Source: a virus (taxonomy: Duplodnaviria > Caudoviricetes). From it: a DNA stretch of 35,610 nt. The position numbers were made by a program, and so were the translations under genes. The notes beneath the pieces were generated by a model. It was not told the origin of the DNA. It saw nothing but the letters and a program-made list of their open reading frames with translations, and did no database searches. The stretch's first letter is position 1; every line of letters begins with the position of its first letter. Positions 25,860 to 34,243 of the stretch are shown here, piece after piece. The stretch is from the IMG/VR virus record IMGVR_UViG_3300005286_000296, positions 1 through 35,610 of that record; one strand, written 5' to 3'.

Positions 25860-28625
25860 GTGCCGCAGGTGTTGTTCAACCCCGGCGAACGCGTGGCCCA
25901 CGCCGACTTCGGCGAGGGCGTGGTCGTCGGCATCGGGACCGACGGCTATCTCCGCGTCTTCTTCCCCTCCGGGGAGCGTCGCGTGAGCGCGGCCGCGGTC
26001 GCTCCCGCCCGGAGCCGCGTGGACCGCATTCTGGAGAGCGTCGCCGGCGGCGATGACCGGCTGCGGCGCGCGTGGCTCCATGTGGAGTCGCATGCACTTC
26101 CCCTGATGGAGAACGCCGCGGCCTTGACCGCGGCGCGGATCGACCTGCTCCCCCACCAGGTCGTCCTCACGCACCGGATCGCCACAGCGGCCCCGCGACG
26201 GTTCCTGATCGCCGACGAGGTGGGCCTCGGCAAGACGATCGAAACGGCCCTCGTGCTCCGGGAACTGGCCAGCCGCGGCGAACTCAACCGGGCGCTGATG
26301 ATCGTGCCCGCGGGCCTGGTCAACAACTGGCACCGAGAGTTGAACGAGGTCTTCAACCTGAACTTCGAGGTGTTCGGCAGCTCCGGCGATGTGACCGATC
26401 GGAAATCGAACGCCTTCGCCAAGCACGACCGCCTCATCGCGAGTGTGGACACCCTGAAGCGCCGAGCCCGCGTGCGCCGGCTGCTCGATGCCCCGAAATG
26501 GGACCTCGTCGTCTTCGACGAGGCCCACCACCTTTCCGCGTACAAGACCGGCGGAAAGGTCAAGAAGACGGACAACTACAAGCTCGCCGAAGCGATGCGG
26601 GACCACGCCCGCGACCTGCTGCTCCTGTCGGCGACGCCCCACCAGGGCGATCACTTCCGGTTCTGGATGCTCATCCAGTTGCTCAATCCGACGCTGTTCG
26701 CCGACGCCGAGGAAATGGTCGAGGAGCGGCACCGGCTCAACAGCGTGGTGTTCCGACGGACAAAGGCCGACGCATGTACGCCCGACGGCTCGCCGCTCTT
26801 CGCTCGGCGGTGGGTGCATGCCGAATCATTTACAATGTCCGAGGGCGAGCGTGACTTCTACACGAAGCTCCGGGAGTATCTGCAGGACGGCTTCGATCTG
26901 GCCAGGAAGCAAGGCAACCAGGGGCGTGCCCTCGGCTTCGTCATGACGATCTTCCAGAAGATCGCGGCGTCCAGCTTCGCGGCGGTCCAGAGCACCCTCC
27001 GCCGGCGCCAGCTCATGCTGACGATCCACGAGGCCATCCTGAAGGACCAGGCCCTCGACATCGACGGGCACCGCAGGCTGCTCGACGAAGCACGCCGCCT
27101 CATCCATCGGGAGACGGGTCACCCCGACGACGCCGCCGGACGGGGGGAGGTGGACCGCATTCTCGCCGATCTCAAGCTCCGCCTGATCCGCAAGCTTGAC
27201 GAGGACCAGCTCGCATTGGCCGCTTCGTCGGAGAGCGGCGAGGCAACGACGGCTGAGGGCGAAGAGCTCGCCGCGATGTCCGTCTCGCTCTCGCTGCCGG
27301 AGGAGCGAATGCGAATCAATGAGGTGCTCTCGGCCGCCCCGAACGGTCGGGAGACGAAGGTGGAGAAACTGCTCCGTGGGCTCGGTGCTCTTTGGGAGCA
27401 GAACCCCGACGAGAAAGTCGTGATCTTCGCCACGTACCTGGCGACGGTTGACCTGCTGTCGAAGGAGATCGAAGCCGCCTACCCCGGCCAGGGCGTCGTC
27501 GTGCTGCGCGGCGGGGATCACGGTGCCAAGCTGGCTGCCGAGAGGCGGTTCCGGCGGCCGGACGGCCCCCGCGTCCTGGTCTGCACGGCCGCGGGCAGGG
27601 AGGGAATCAATCTCCAGTTCTCACGCGTGCTCTTCAACTTCGACCTGCCGTGGAACCCGATGGACGTGGAGCAGCGGATCGGGCGCATTCACCGCTACGG
27701 GCAGAAGGACACGGCGCAGGTCTACAACCTCGTCCTGTCGGACACCATCGAGGGATCGATCTTCCTGCTCCTGACCGACAAGCTTATGGAAATCGCACGG
27801 GCGCTGGGGAAGGTCGATGAGCATGGCAACGTGACAGAGGACCTGAAGGCGCAGATCCTGGGCCAGCTGTCGGATCGCCTCAGCTACGACCAGTTGTACC
27901 GCGACGCCCTTAACGACCCGGAGTTGAAGCGGACCCGTCAGGAGCTTGAGGCGGCGATCTCGAACGCGAACGAGGCGAGGAAGGTCGTGTTCGAGCTGTT
28001 CCAGGATCTCGATCGGTTCAGCCTCGACGACTACCGCCCGTTCGCGGACATTGATGCCGGGAAGGCCCGGATTGAGGCTTTCCTGCGGACGTCGCTGCTG
28101 GCCGATGGTGGCATGCTGGTGCCGTCCAACAACGGGTGCTTCCGGATCGAGTCCGCGACCGGCCATGACGGGGCGGTGTTCACGCTCGACCGCGATGCCG
28201 CGCAGGCGGATGAACGGCTGCAACTGATGGGTCTGGACCACCCGCTCATGTCGGGAATGCTGCGGAGATGGAAGACGCTGCCACCTGAGCAGCTCGGCGT
28301 TTCGGTGAACGGGACACCTGGAACTCCGCGAGGCGTCCTGACGGTGTGGTCCGTGGAGTCCTTCGGTAGGGCGGCCGAGTCAACGACCCATGTCATCCCG
28401 ATCGCCGTCGACTCGGCCGGTCAACGGGTGCCGGCACTGGAGAAGCGGTACGCGGAGGCGTTCGCTGGAAGCGCATCGCCCTCGCGGCTGGAGCCCGACG
28501 ATCGCCGAAGGCTCTTCGAGAGCGCCATCGAGCCAGCGCTGCAGCGGGAGCTCGGGCATCGCGGATTGGCAGGCCCAACCGGGGGGCACTCGGCTGACCT
28601 GCTCGCGTGGATTGAGGTTGGATAA
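25860..28625 (+). CDS. SNF2/RapA-like SF2 helicase
   Basis: GTG 25860 is the likely start; LIADEVGLGKT, DEAHH, LSATPH, GREGINLQ, DLPWNP, EQRIGRIHRYGQ. Confidence 0.9.
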   Translation: MPQVLFNPGERVAHADFGEGVVVGIGTDGYLRVFFPSGERRVSAAAVAPARSRVDRILESVAGGDDRLRRAWLHVESHALPLMENAAALTAARIDLLPHQVVLTHRIATAAPRRFLIADEVGLGKTIETALVLRELASRGELNRALMIVPAGLVNNWHRELNEVFNLNFEVFGSSGDVTDRKSNAFAKHDRLIASVDTLKRRARVRRLLDAPKWDLVVFDEAHHLSAYKTGGKVKKTDNYKLAEAMRDHARDLLLLSATPHQGDHFRFWMLIQLLNPTLFADAEEMVEERHRLNSVVFRRTKADACTPDGSPLFARRWVHAESFTMSEGERDFYTKLREYLQDGFDLARKQGNQGRALGFVMTIFQKIAASSFAAVQSTLRRRQLMLTIHEAILKDQALDIDGHRRLLDEARRLIHRETGHPDDAAGRGEVDRILADLKLRLIRKLDEDQLALAASSESGEATTAEGEELAAMSVSLSLPEERMRINEVLSAAPNGRETKVEKLLRGLGALWEQNPDEKVVIFATYLATVDLLSKEIEAAYPGQGVVVLRGGDHGAKLAAERRFRRPDGPRVLVCTAAGREGINLQFSRVLFNFDLPWNPMDVEQRIGRIHRYGQKDTAQVYNLVLSDTIEGSIFLLLTDKLMEIARALGKVDEHGNVTEDLKAQILGQLSDRLSYDQLYRDALNDPELKRTRQELEAAISNANEARKVVFELFQDLDRFSLDDYRPFADIDAGKARIEAFLRTSLLADGGMLVPSNNGCFRIESATGHDGAVFTLDRDAAQADERLQLMGLDHPLMSGMLRRWKTLPPEQLGVSVNGTPGTPRGVLTVWSVESFGRAAESTTHVIPIAVDSAGQRVPALEKRYAEAFAGSASPSRLEPDDRRRLFESAIEPALQRELGHRGLAGPTGGHSADLLAWIEVG

Positions 28626-28640
28626 GCAGGAGCCCCGGGC

Positions 28641-30557
28641 ATGAGCGGAGCCGAGCAGAATCAGCGGAAGAACATCGACGGCAAGGGCAAGACGATCCGC
28701 GAGATCCTCTCGGGCCGGAAGTTCTACATCGACTACTACCAGCGCGAGTACAAGTGGCAGACGAAGCAGCTCGAGGAGCTGATCAGCGATCTATCCGAAA
28801 TCTTTCTGCGGAACTACGACCCCGCCCACGAGCGGGAGGCCGTCGCCGGCTACGACCGCTATTTCCTCGGCTCGATCATCATCAGCCAGAAGGACGGGCG
28901 CGACTACATCATCGACGGTCAGCAGCGGCTGACCACGCTGACGCTCCTGCTCCTGTTCCTGATGAAGCGGCAGAAGGCGGCTGGCCAGGCCAGCAGCGTC
29001 GCTGAGATGATCTACTCCTCCAAGTACGGCAAGCACTCGTTCAACCTCGACGTGCCGGAGCGCCTCGGGGCCATGCAGAAGCTCTTCGACGGTGCCGAGA
29101 TCGACGAGGACGAGCTGCCGGAGTCGTCCCGGAACATCGCCGCTCGGTACAACGAGATTGACGAGCTGTTCCCCAGCAAAGAGATCGACGATCACGCCCT
29201 GCCGTACTTCGTGGACTGGCTCACCGAGAACGTCCACCTCGTGGAGATCACCGCGTACTCCGACGACGTGGCGTACACCATCTTTGAGACCATGAACGAC
29301 CGGGGGCTGTCGCTGTCCCCGACCGACATGCTCAAGGGCTACCTGCTCGCCAACATCGCCGACGACTCCGCGCGGACGCAGGCGAGCGCGGAATGGAAGG
29401 CCATCATGGCCAAGCTCCGGGCGGTGGACCCCGACGACCAGGAGCCCGACGCGGACTTCTTCAAGGCATGGCTCCGCGGCTGCTACGCCGACAGCATCCG
29501 CGAGCGAAAGAAGAACGCGAAGCCCGAGGCATGGGACCGCATCGGCACCGAGTTTCACCGCTGGGTGCGTGACGAAGCGGAGAAGCTCGGGCTGCTGGTG
29601 AACGGGATGCCCAAGTCCGCGGCCTACCGCGACTTCATCCTGTCGCAGATGGCCTTCTATGCAAAGTGGTTCCTCGTGATCCGAAAGGCCGAGCTCGCGC
29701 CGGTGCAGGGCCTGGAGAACATCTACCACAACGCCAGCCACCGCTTCACGCACCAGCCGACGCTGCTGCTCGCGCCGCTGGTGCCCAGCGACTCGGACGA
29801 CATTATCCGGCTGAAGCTGCGGCTCGTCGCCAAGTACGCCGACATCTTCCTGACACGCCGGCTCTGCAACTATCGCGACAGCGACTACAACATCCTCCAG
29901 TACAACGTCTTCACCGTCGTGCGGGACACACGCGGCCTGGGCGCGCCGGCGCTCGCGGCGAAGCTCACGCAGCTCCTCGCCGATCAGTTGAAGGAGGAGC
30001 GGGGCAGCCTGGCGGGGTTCGACACGTTCGGGATGAACCAGTGGAGTCACCGGCCGATCAAGCGCATTCTGGCCCGCATGATCGACTACGTTGAACTCGG
30101 CTCCGGTGGCCAGCCTCGCTACCACGAGATGATGACGCTTCGCGGCAAGAAGGCCTTCGAGATCGAGCACATCTGGGCCAACAGGCTCGAACCGGCGAAG
30201 GAGACGCTCGGCCTACAGGCGAACGAAGACTTCCAGGAGTGGCGGAACCGCCTCGGCGGCCTGTTGCTCCTGCCGAAGACGTTCAATGCGAGTTACAAGG
30301 ATGATACCTACGGCGAGAAAGTCGAGCACTACTTCGGTCAGAACGTGCTCGCGAAGTCCCTCCACACGAAGGCCTACGAGAACCACCCGGGGTTCCGACG
30401 CTGCATTCAGGAGCGGCAGCTTCCGTTCCGCGCGCACGCGGAGTTCAAGAAGGCCGATCTGGAAGAGCGGCAGAAGCTGTATCGACGGATCGCGGACCAG
30501 ATCTGGGACCCCGCGTGGATCGAACGGATTCTCGCGGGCGAGCAGGTGGTGGCGTGA
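28641..30557 (+). CDS. Fused GmrSD-type (DUF262 + DUF1524 HNH) modification-dependent restriction nuclease
   Basis: YQREYKW, IIDGQQRLTT and FETMNDRG (DUF262); EIEHIW...LGGLLLL...N (DUF1524 HNH). Confidence 0.88.
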   Translation: MSGAEQNQRKNIDGKGKTIREILSGRKFYIDYYQREYKWQTKQLEELISDLSEIFLRNYDPAHEREAVAGYDRYFLGSIIISQKDGRDYIIDGQQRLTTLTLLLLFLMKRQKAAGQASSVAEMIYSSKYGKHSFNLDVPERLGAMQKLFDGAEIDEDELPESSRNIAARYNEIDELFPSKEIDDHALPYFVDWLTENVHLVEITAYSDDVAYTIFETMNDRGLSLSPTDMLKGYLLANIADDSARTQASAEWKAIMAKLRAVDPDDQEPDADFFKAWLRGCYADSIRERKKNAKPEAWDRIGTEFHRWVRDEAEKLGLLVNGMPKSAAYRDFILSQMAFYAKWFLVIRKAELAPVQGLENIYHNASHRFTHQPTLLLAPLVPSDSDDIIRLKLRLVAKYADIFLTRRLCNYRDSDYNILQYNVFTVVRDTRGLGAPALAAKLTQLLADQLKEERGSLAGFDTFGMNQWSHRPIKRILARMIDYVELGSGGQPRYHEMMTLRGKKAFEIEHIWANRLEPAKETLGLQANEDFQEWRNRLGGLLLLPKTFNASYKDDTYGEKVEHYFGQNVLAKSLHTKAYENHPGFRRCIQERQLPFRAHAEFKKADLEERQKLYRRIADQIWDPAWIERILAGEQVVA

Positions 30558-31486
30558 GCGATACACGGGGCACGGTTGATTTGGTGGGTCACGTCATCAT
30601 CCCGGTCACCGGGATCGACCCCAGTCTCGGGATGTCCTTTCAGAACATTGTGAGCAAGGCGACCACGGAGAAGGGGAAGTGGATCGAGGACCTCACGTTG
30701 AGGATTGGGGACTGGCGGGCGCTATTTCGGAGCACCTACTTCCAGTGGGCGCTGGCGATCAACGGACTCCACGTCGCAGCGGAGCGGTACGGAAGCGCGG
30801 AATGGCAGAAGCTCGGCAAGGCCTTCACTATCAGGGGACTCCAGGCCGATAAGACCGGGCGCGTCTCCCGCACCGTGCTCGCTCAATGGCCCGGTGACAA
30901 AGCGGCCAAGGCGCACCTGGACACCGCGCCGAAGATGTGTGCGTGGGGCTTCATTGAGCTCTATAGCTGTTTTGAGGAGTTCGTCTTTGACATCTATCGC
31001 ACATACCTGACGCATCATCCCGACGACCTGCTGCAAGGGGCGGAGTTTCGAGAGCTTCGGCGTCTGCGTCGTGAGGCCATCGCGGACGCGACGAAGCGCG
31101 AGGCATGGGATGCTGCCCTCGCTGAACGGCTGGACCAGTGGCAGCGGAAGAAGCTGTACGATGGACTGGAACGGGTCTTCCTCGCACTATTCAACACCAC
31201 CGGCTTGAAGAAGCCCTCGCATTACACGAAGAGCACGCCCGAGACGTGGGCGGAATCACTCGGCGGCATCGCCCTCGTCCGACATCTCCTGGTTCACGGC
31301 GCAAAGACCATCCCGCAGGAACTCGCGGCTTTCTGCAAGCAGCCGCATGGCCTCGCCTTCGATTTTGAGGAGGGAAGGCCGCTCAAGGTTGAACTGCACC
31401 ATCTGCAACTCGTCGAGCTGTTCTCTGATCAACTCCTGAGCGCCGTGAACCTGTCGCTCGTCGAGCATCCTGATGCAGGGGCATGA
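30554..31486 (+). CDS. Hypothetical protein, HEPN-like
   Basis: GTGA overlap; ELYSCFEEFV and an Rx4H motif (RHLLVH); predicted helical. Confidence 0.55.
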   Translation: MSDTRGTVDLVGHVIIPVTGIDPSLGMSFQNIVSKATTEKGKWIEDLTLRIGDWRALFRSTYFQWALAINGLHVAAERYGSAEWQKLGKAFTIRGLQADKTGRVSRTVLAQWPGDKAAKAHLDTAPKMCAWGFIELYSCFEEFVFDIYRTYLTHHPDDLLQGAEFRELRRLRREAIADATKREAWDAALAERLDQWQRKKLYDGLERVFLALFNTTGLKKPSHYTKSTPETWAESLGGIALVRHLLVHGAKTIPQELAAFCKQPHGLAFDFEEGRPLKVELHHLQLVELFSDQLLSAVNLSLVEHPDAGA

Positions 31487-31626
31487 TCCCGGCACGGACA
31501 CCGGCACTATTCAGATCAGGCCCCTGTTTGGGCGTTTTCTCGTCTGTTAACCAGAGAATGGCCGCCAATATCCCGTCTGGCGGCATGGATTCGACGGTTT
31601 GAACCCGTTACGATCGGGGAGTTTTC

Positions 31627-31661
31627 GACGCCCTCGCGGAAACGCGGGGGCGTTTTGGTTT
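31627..31661 (+). terminator. Rho-independent terminator
   Basis: GACGCCCTCGCG-GAAA-CGCGGGGGCGTT followed by TTGGTTT. Confidence 0.7.
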
Positions 31662-32098
31662 ACGGGTCGGCTCCGGCGGACGCCCTCGGCTCAGGTCGCG
31701 GAAAGTCCCGCCGTGGCGGGGGTTTCGGCGCTTCCCGCCCCACCCGCCGCGCTCTCGATCTTGAAGCCGAATCTCGGGGTCCGACGGCAACCCCCACGGT
31801 TGCTCTCGCCCCACCGGCGGCAACCCTCTCGGACTCTCGCGCTCTCTGGTTGACGGGTGGCCTGAGTTTAACAGCAGGGTTGCGATCGGGGCCTCTGCGC
31901 GCGGTTTCAAGAACGCATCGCGTAGGTATCCAGTAGCGGGCGATACCGCCCCATCTCCTCCGCCGATTCAATGACGAGGCTCCAAGCAAACGACGCCTCC
32001 GGGTAGACAGTCTGTCTCCCTGCCTCCCGGTGTGGGGCGCTAGGGGTCACAAACCGATACCATCACCTGCAGGTCGCCTTAGCTGAACAGACCCCATC

Positions 32099-33088
32099 AT
32101 GGCTACAGCCCAGCAACTCAAGGCCCTTCTGGAGAGCTACGCCCACGGCGATCGTGGTCGCTTCCTATCCGTGGCCTCGCAGATCGCGGCCCACGCCGCC
32201 AGGACCGGCAAGGACCGCCTCGCCGAGGATCTGAGGAAGCTGGTCGATGATGCCAAGCGTGCAGCGGATCGACCGTCGGAGGCTCCGCAGGCGGTCCCGA
32301 TCGTCCAGCCCACCGGCGAACTTGCGGGGCTGGTGTCGGCCACATTCCCCAAGGCCGCGCTCGAGGACATGGTGCTCACCGATGAACTGGCCCAGCGGCT
32401 CAAGCGGGTGCTCCGCGAGTACCGCCAGTCCGACGCGCTTGCTGGGCATGGTCTGTCGCCGCGACGGAAGCTGCTTCTGCTCGGCCCACCTGGGTGTGGG
32501 AAATCGATGACGGCTGCGGCGCTTGCTAGCGAGCTGCACCTGCCACTGCTGACGGTCCAGTTCCACACCCTGATCACAAAGTTCATGGGCGAAACGGCGG
32601 CGAAGCTTCGTCTCATCTTCGACACGATGAAACGGAACCGCGGCGTGTACCTGTTCGACGAGTTCGACGCCATCGGTACGCAGCGGCATTCCGGTCAGGA
32701 TGTGGGTGAGATTCGCCGTGTCCTCAACTCCTTCTTGGTCTTCCTCGAACAGGACGATTCGATGAGTCTCATTGTCGCCGCCAGCAATCTGGAGGCGTCG
32801 CTCGATGCCGCCCTTTTCCGGCGCTTCGACGATGTGCTGCGGTACGAGATGCCGTCGAAACAAATGGCACGCCGATTGATCGAGAATCGCCTTGCGCCGT
32901 TCACGATTGACCGGTTGAGTTGGACGCGGATAGAGCAGGCATGCCAAGGTCTCTCGCATGCGGACATCACTAAGGCGTGCGAGGATGCCGCGAAAGAGGC
33001 CATTCTCGACGACAGAGGATCTATTCGCTCCGAGGACGTGCTCGCAGCGCTCCGCCAACGTCAGCGGATTGGACGACCGCAGGAATAA
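32099..33088 (+). CDS. AAA+ ATPase (IetA-like partner of an S8 peptidase)
   Basis: GPPGCGKS, YLFDEFDAIG, GEIRRVLNS, LDAALFRRFD; followed by an S8-like N-terminus. Confidence 0.85.
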   Translation: MATAQQLKALLESYAHGDRGRFLSVASQIAAHAARTGKDRLAEDLRKLVDDAKRAADRPSEAPQAVPIVQPTGELAGLVSATFPKAALEDMVLTDELAQRLKRVLREYRQSDALAGHGLSPRRKLLLLGPPGCGKSMTAAALASELHLPLLTVQFHTLITKFMGETAAKLRLIFDTMKRNRGVYLFDEFDAIGTQRHSGQDVGEIRRVLNSFLVFLEQDDSMSLIVAASNLEASLDAALFRRFDDVLRYEMPSKQMARRLIENRLAPFTIDRLSWTRIEQACQGLSHADITKACEDAAKEAILDDRGSIRSEDVLAALRQRQRIGRPQE

Positions 33089-33103
33089 GGAGGCTGCGAC
33101 CGG

Positions 33104-33598
33104 ATGCCTCCGCACAGGCACCTGATCATCCCGGACGACGCGGAGCCGCGCGACTACACATCCACGAACCGTGGGGGTGGCTCGTTCCGAACGCCGCCCC
33201 GCGATGATCGCGTGGGTCACGCCAACCGGCTGCTCGGGCAAATCAATACCGCCCGCGAGGAGCTTGAGGCGCAGGCGGCGCAGGCCGCACACGTCATCGA
33301 CAACATTGCGCTGGAGGTCGTTGGCCAGACTCGAGGTCTGGAGATCGAACGCCTCGAGAGCCTGCGCCGCGGGCTGGGTATCGAGTTGCGCAACGTCCGA
33401 GATGAGGACGGCCACCGCTTTGCGACGATCTTCGTGCCGCGTGATCGGCTCGCCACCTTCGTGCGGAAGATCGAGGCATACCGCGACGAAGACACGCCCA
33501 GAAGGCAGCGGCCAAAGAACGAGCCTCTCGTCGCGGGCATTGACGAGATCCGAACACCCGTACTGCGATCATTTTGGACAGACGATCCGTACTGGTGA
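33104..33598 (+). pseudogene. Truncated N-terminus of an S8 serine peptidase (IetS-like)
   Basis: AAGGAGG RBS; ATIFVP...KIEAY...LRSFWTDD resembles the N-domain of ATPase-coupled S8 peptidases. Stops at 164 aa with no catalytic region. Confidence 0.65.
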
Positions 33599-33607
33599 AC
33601 GTGGCAA

Positions 33608-34012
33608 ATGGCAACCCAGCCTTGTCCACATTGTGGCTACGAACTCGGCATCGGGCAGACGCCTTGCCCCGAATGCGGCGCTGCGATTGTCTGGTGCCCT
33701 GAGACCTACCGATCCCAGGCGGCTCGAGGTCTACGGATTGCTGGCGTAGCTGCAATCGCCATGGTGATGGGCTCGGCCGCAACAGGACTGCGGTTTTGCG
33801 TAGAGTACTTCATGAACAATCCGCATGGCATCCGTGCATCAACTGTCTTGGGCGGCGGAGCAGCTTCGGCGCTGATTCTGAGTGCCTTTGTGTGGGTCTA
33901 CATCCGTACTGCGACAGCGATACGCTACCGCAGAGTGACGATTCTGGGATTGATCCTGGTTGCAATCGGATCTTCCGATGTCGTAGTCCGACTTCTCTTT
34001 GCGCTGGGATAG
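33608..34012 (+). CDS. Zinc-ribbon (CPHCGY...CPECG) membrane protein
   Basis: Double CxxC N-terminus plus about 3 hydrophobic segments; lower GC. Confidence 0.7.
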   Translation: MATQPCPHCGYELGIGQTPCPECGAAIVWCPETYRSQAARGLRIAGVAAIAMVMGSAATGLRFCVEYFMNNPHGIRASTVLGGGAASALILSAFVWVYIRTATAIRYRRVTILGLILVAIGSSDVVVRLLFALG

Positions 34013-34112
34013 CTGGGGAAAGCGATATAGAGGCACCCGAATCCTGTTCTATATCGTCCTATGCAAGAACTCCATCCGCTCGTTTCGACCGGGCTTTCAG
34101 GGGTGAACCGTG

Positions 34113-34238
34113 TCAAGCGGCCTTCCGGTAGTAGTGCTTGATGACCCCGCCGAGGCGCTCGCAGCAGCCGATCTCGCGTGGCTCGACCGGCCCCGCGCGG
34201 ACGGGCGGCTTCCGGCCAAGCGGGGTGGGAAACTCTAC
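34113..34238 (-). pseudogene. C-terminal remnant of an integrase-core (rve) transposase
   Basis: Minus strand reads PTPLGRKPPVRAGPVEPREIGCCERLGGVIKHYYRKAA*, matching the common ...RLGGLL.HY.R.AA end of rve transposases. Confidence 0.6.
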
Positions 34239-34243
34239 CACAA

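Noticed and set aside
138-30170. Numerous long antisense or alternate-frame ORFs (e.g. 685..2070, 2446..3801, 12364..13833, 18085..19533, 28791..30170)
   Set aside because: Shadow ORFs expected in high-GC coding DNA; they overlap well-supported genes and show no motifs.
31575-31965. Complete tmRNA gene
   Set aside because: Only the 5' GGATTCGACGG motif matches. There is no T-arm GTTCRA/CCA 3' end and no tag ORF ending in LAA, and a terminator lies inside.
31907-32060. Short minus-strand frame (...VYPEASFAWSLVIESAEEMGRYRPLLDTYAMRS*) as a gene remnant
   Set aside because: Protein-like but about 50 codons with no recognisable motif or RBS; cannot be supported without a search.
17959-34071. TGCAAGAACT direct repeat (17959-17968 and 34062-34071) as att sites flanking the defence island
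   Set aside because: A 10-bp match is expected many times by chance in 35 kb, and no integrase is adjacent.
34110-34243. N-terminus of the 472-aa Rhs ORF as called
   Set aside because: This stretch is better explained as the antisense of a transposase C-terminal remnant; Rhs-like sequence starts at about 34244.
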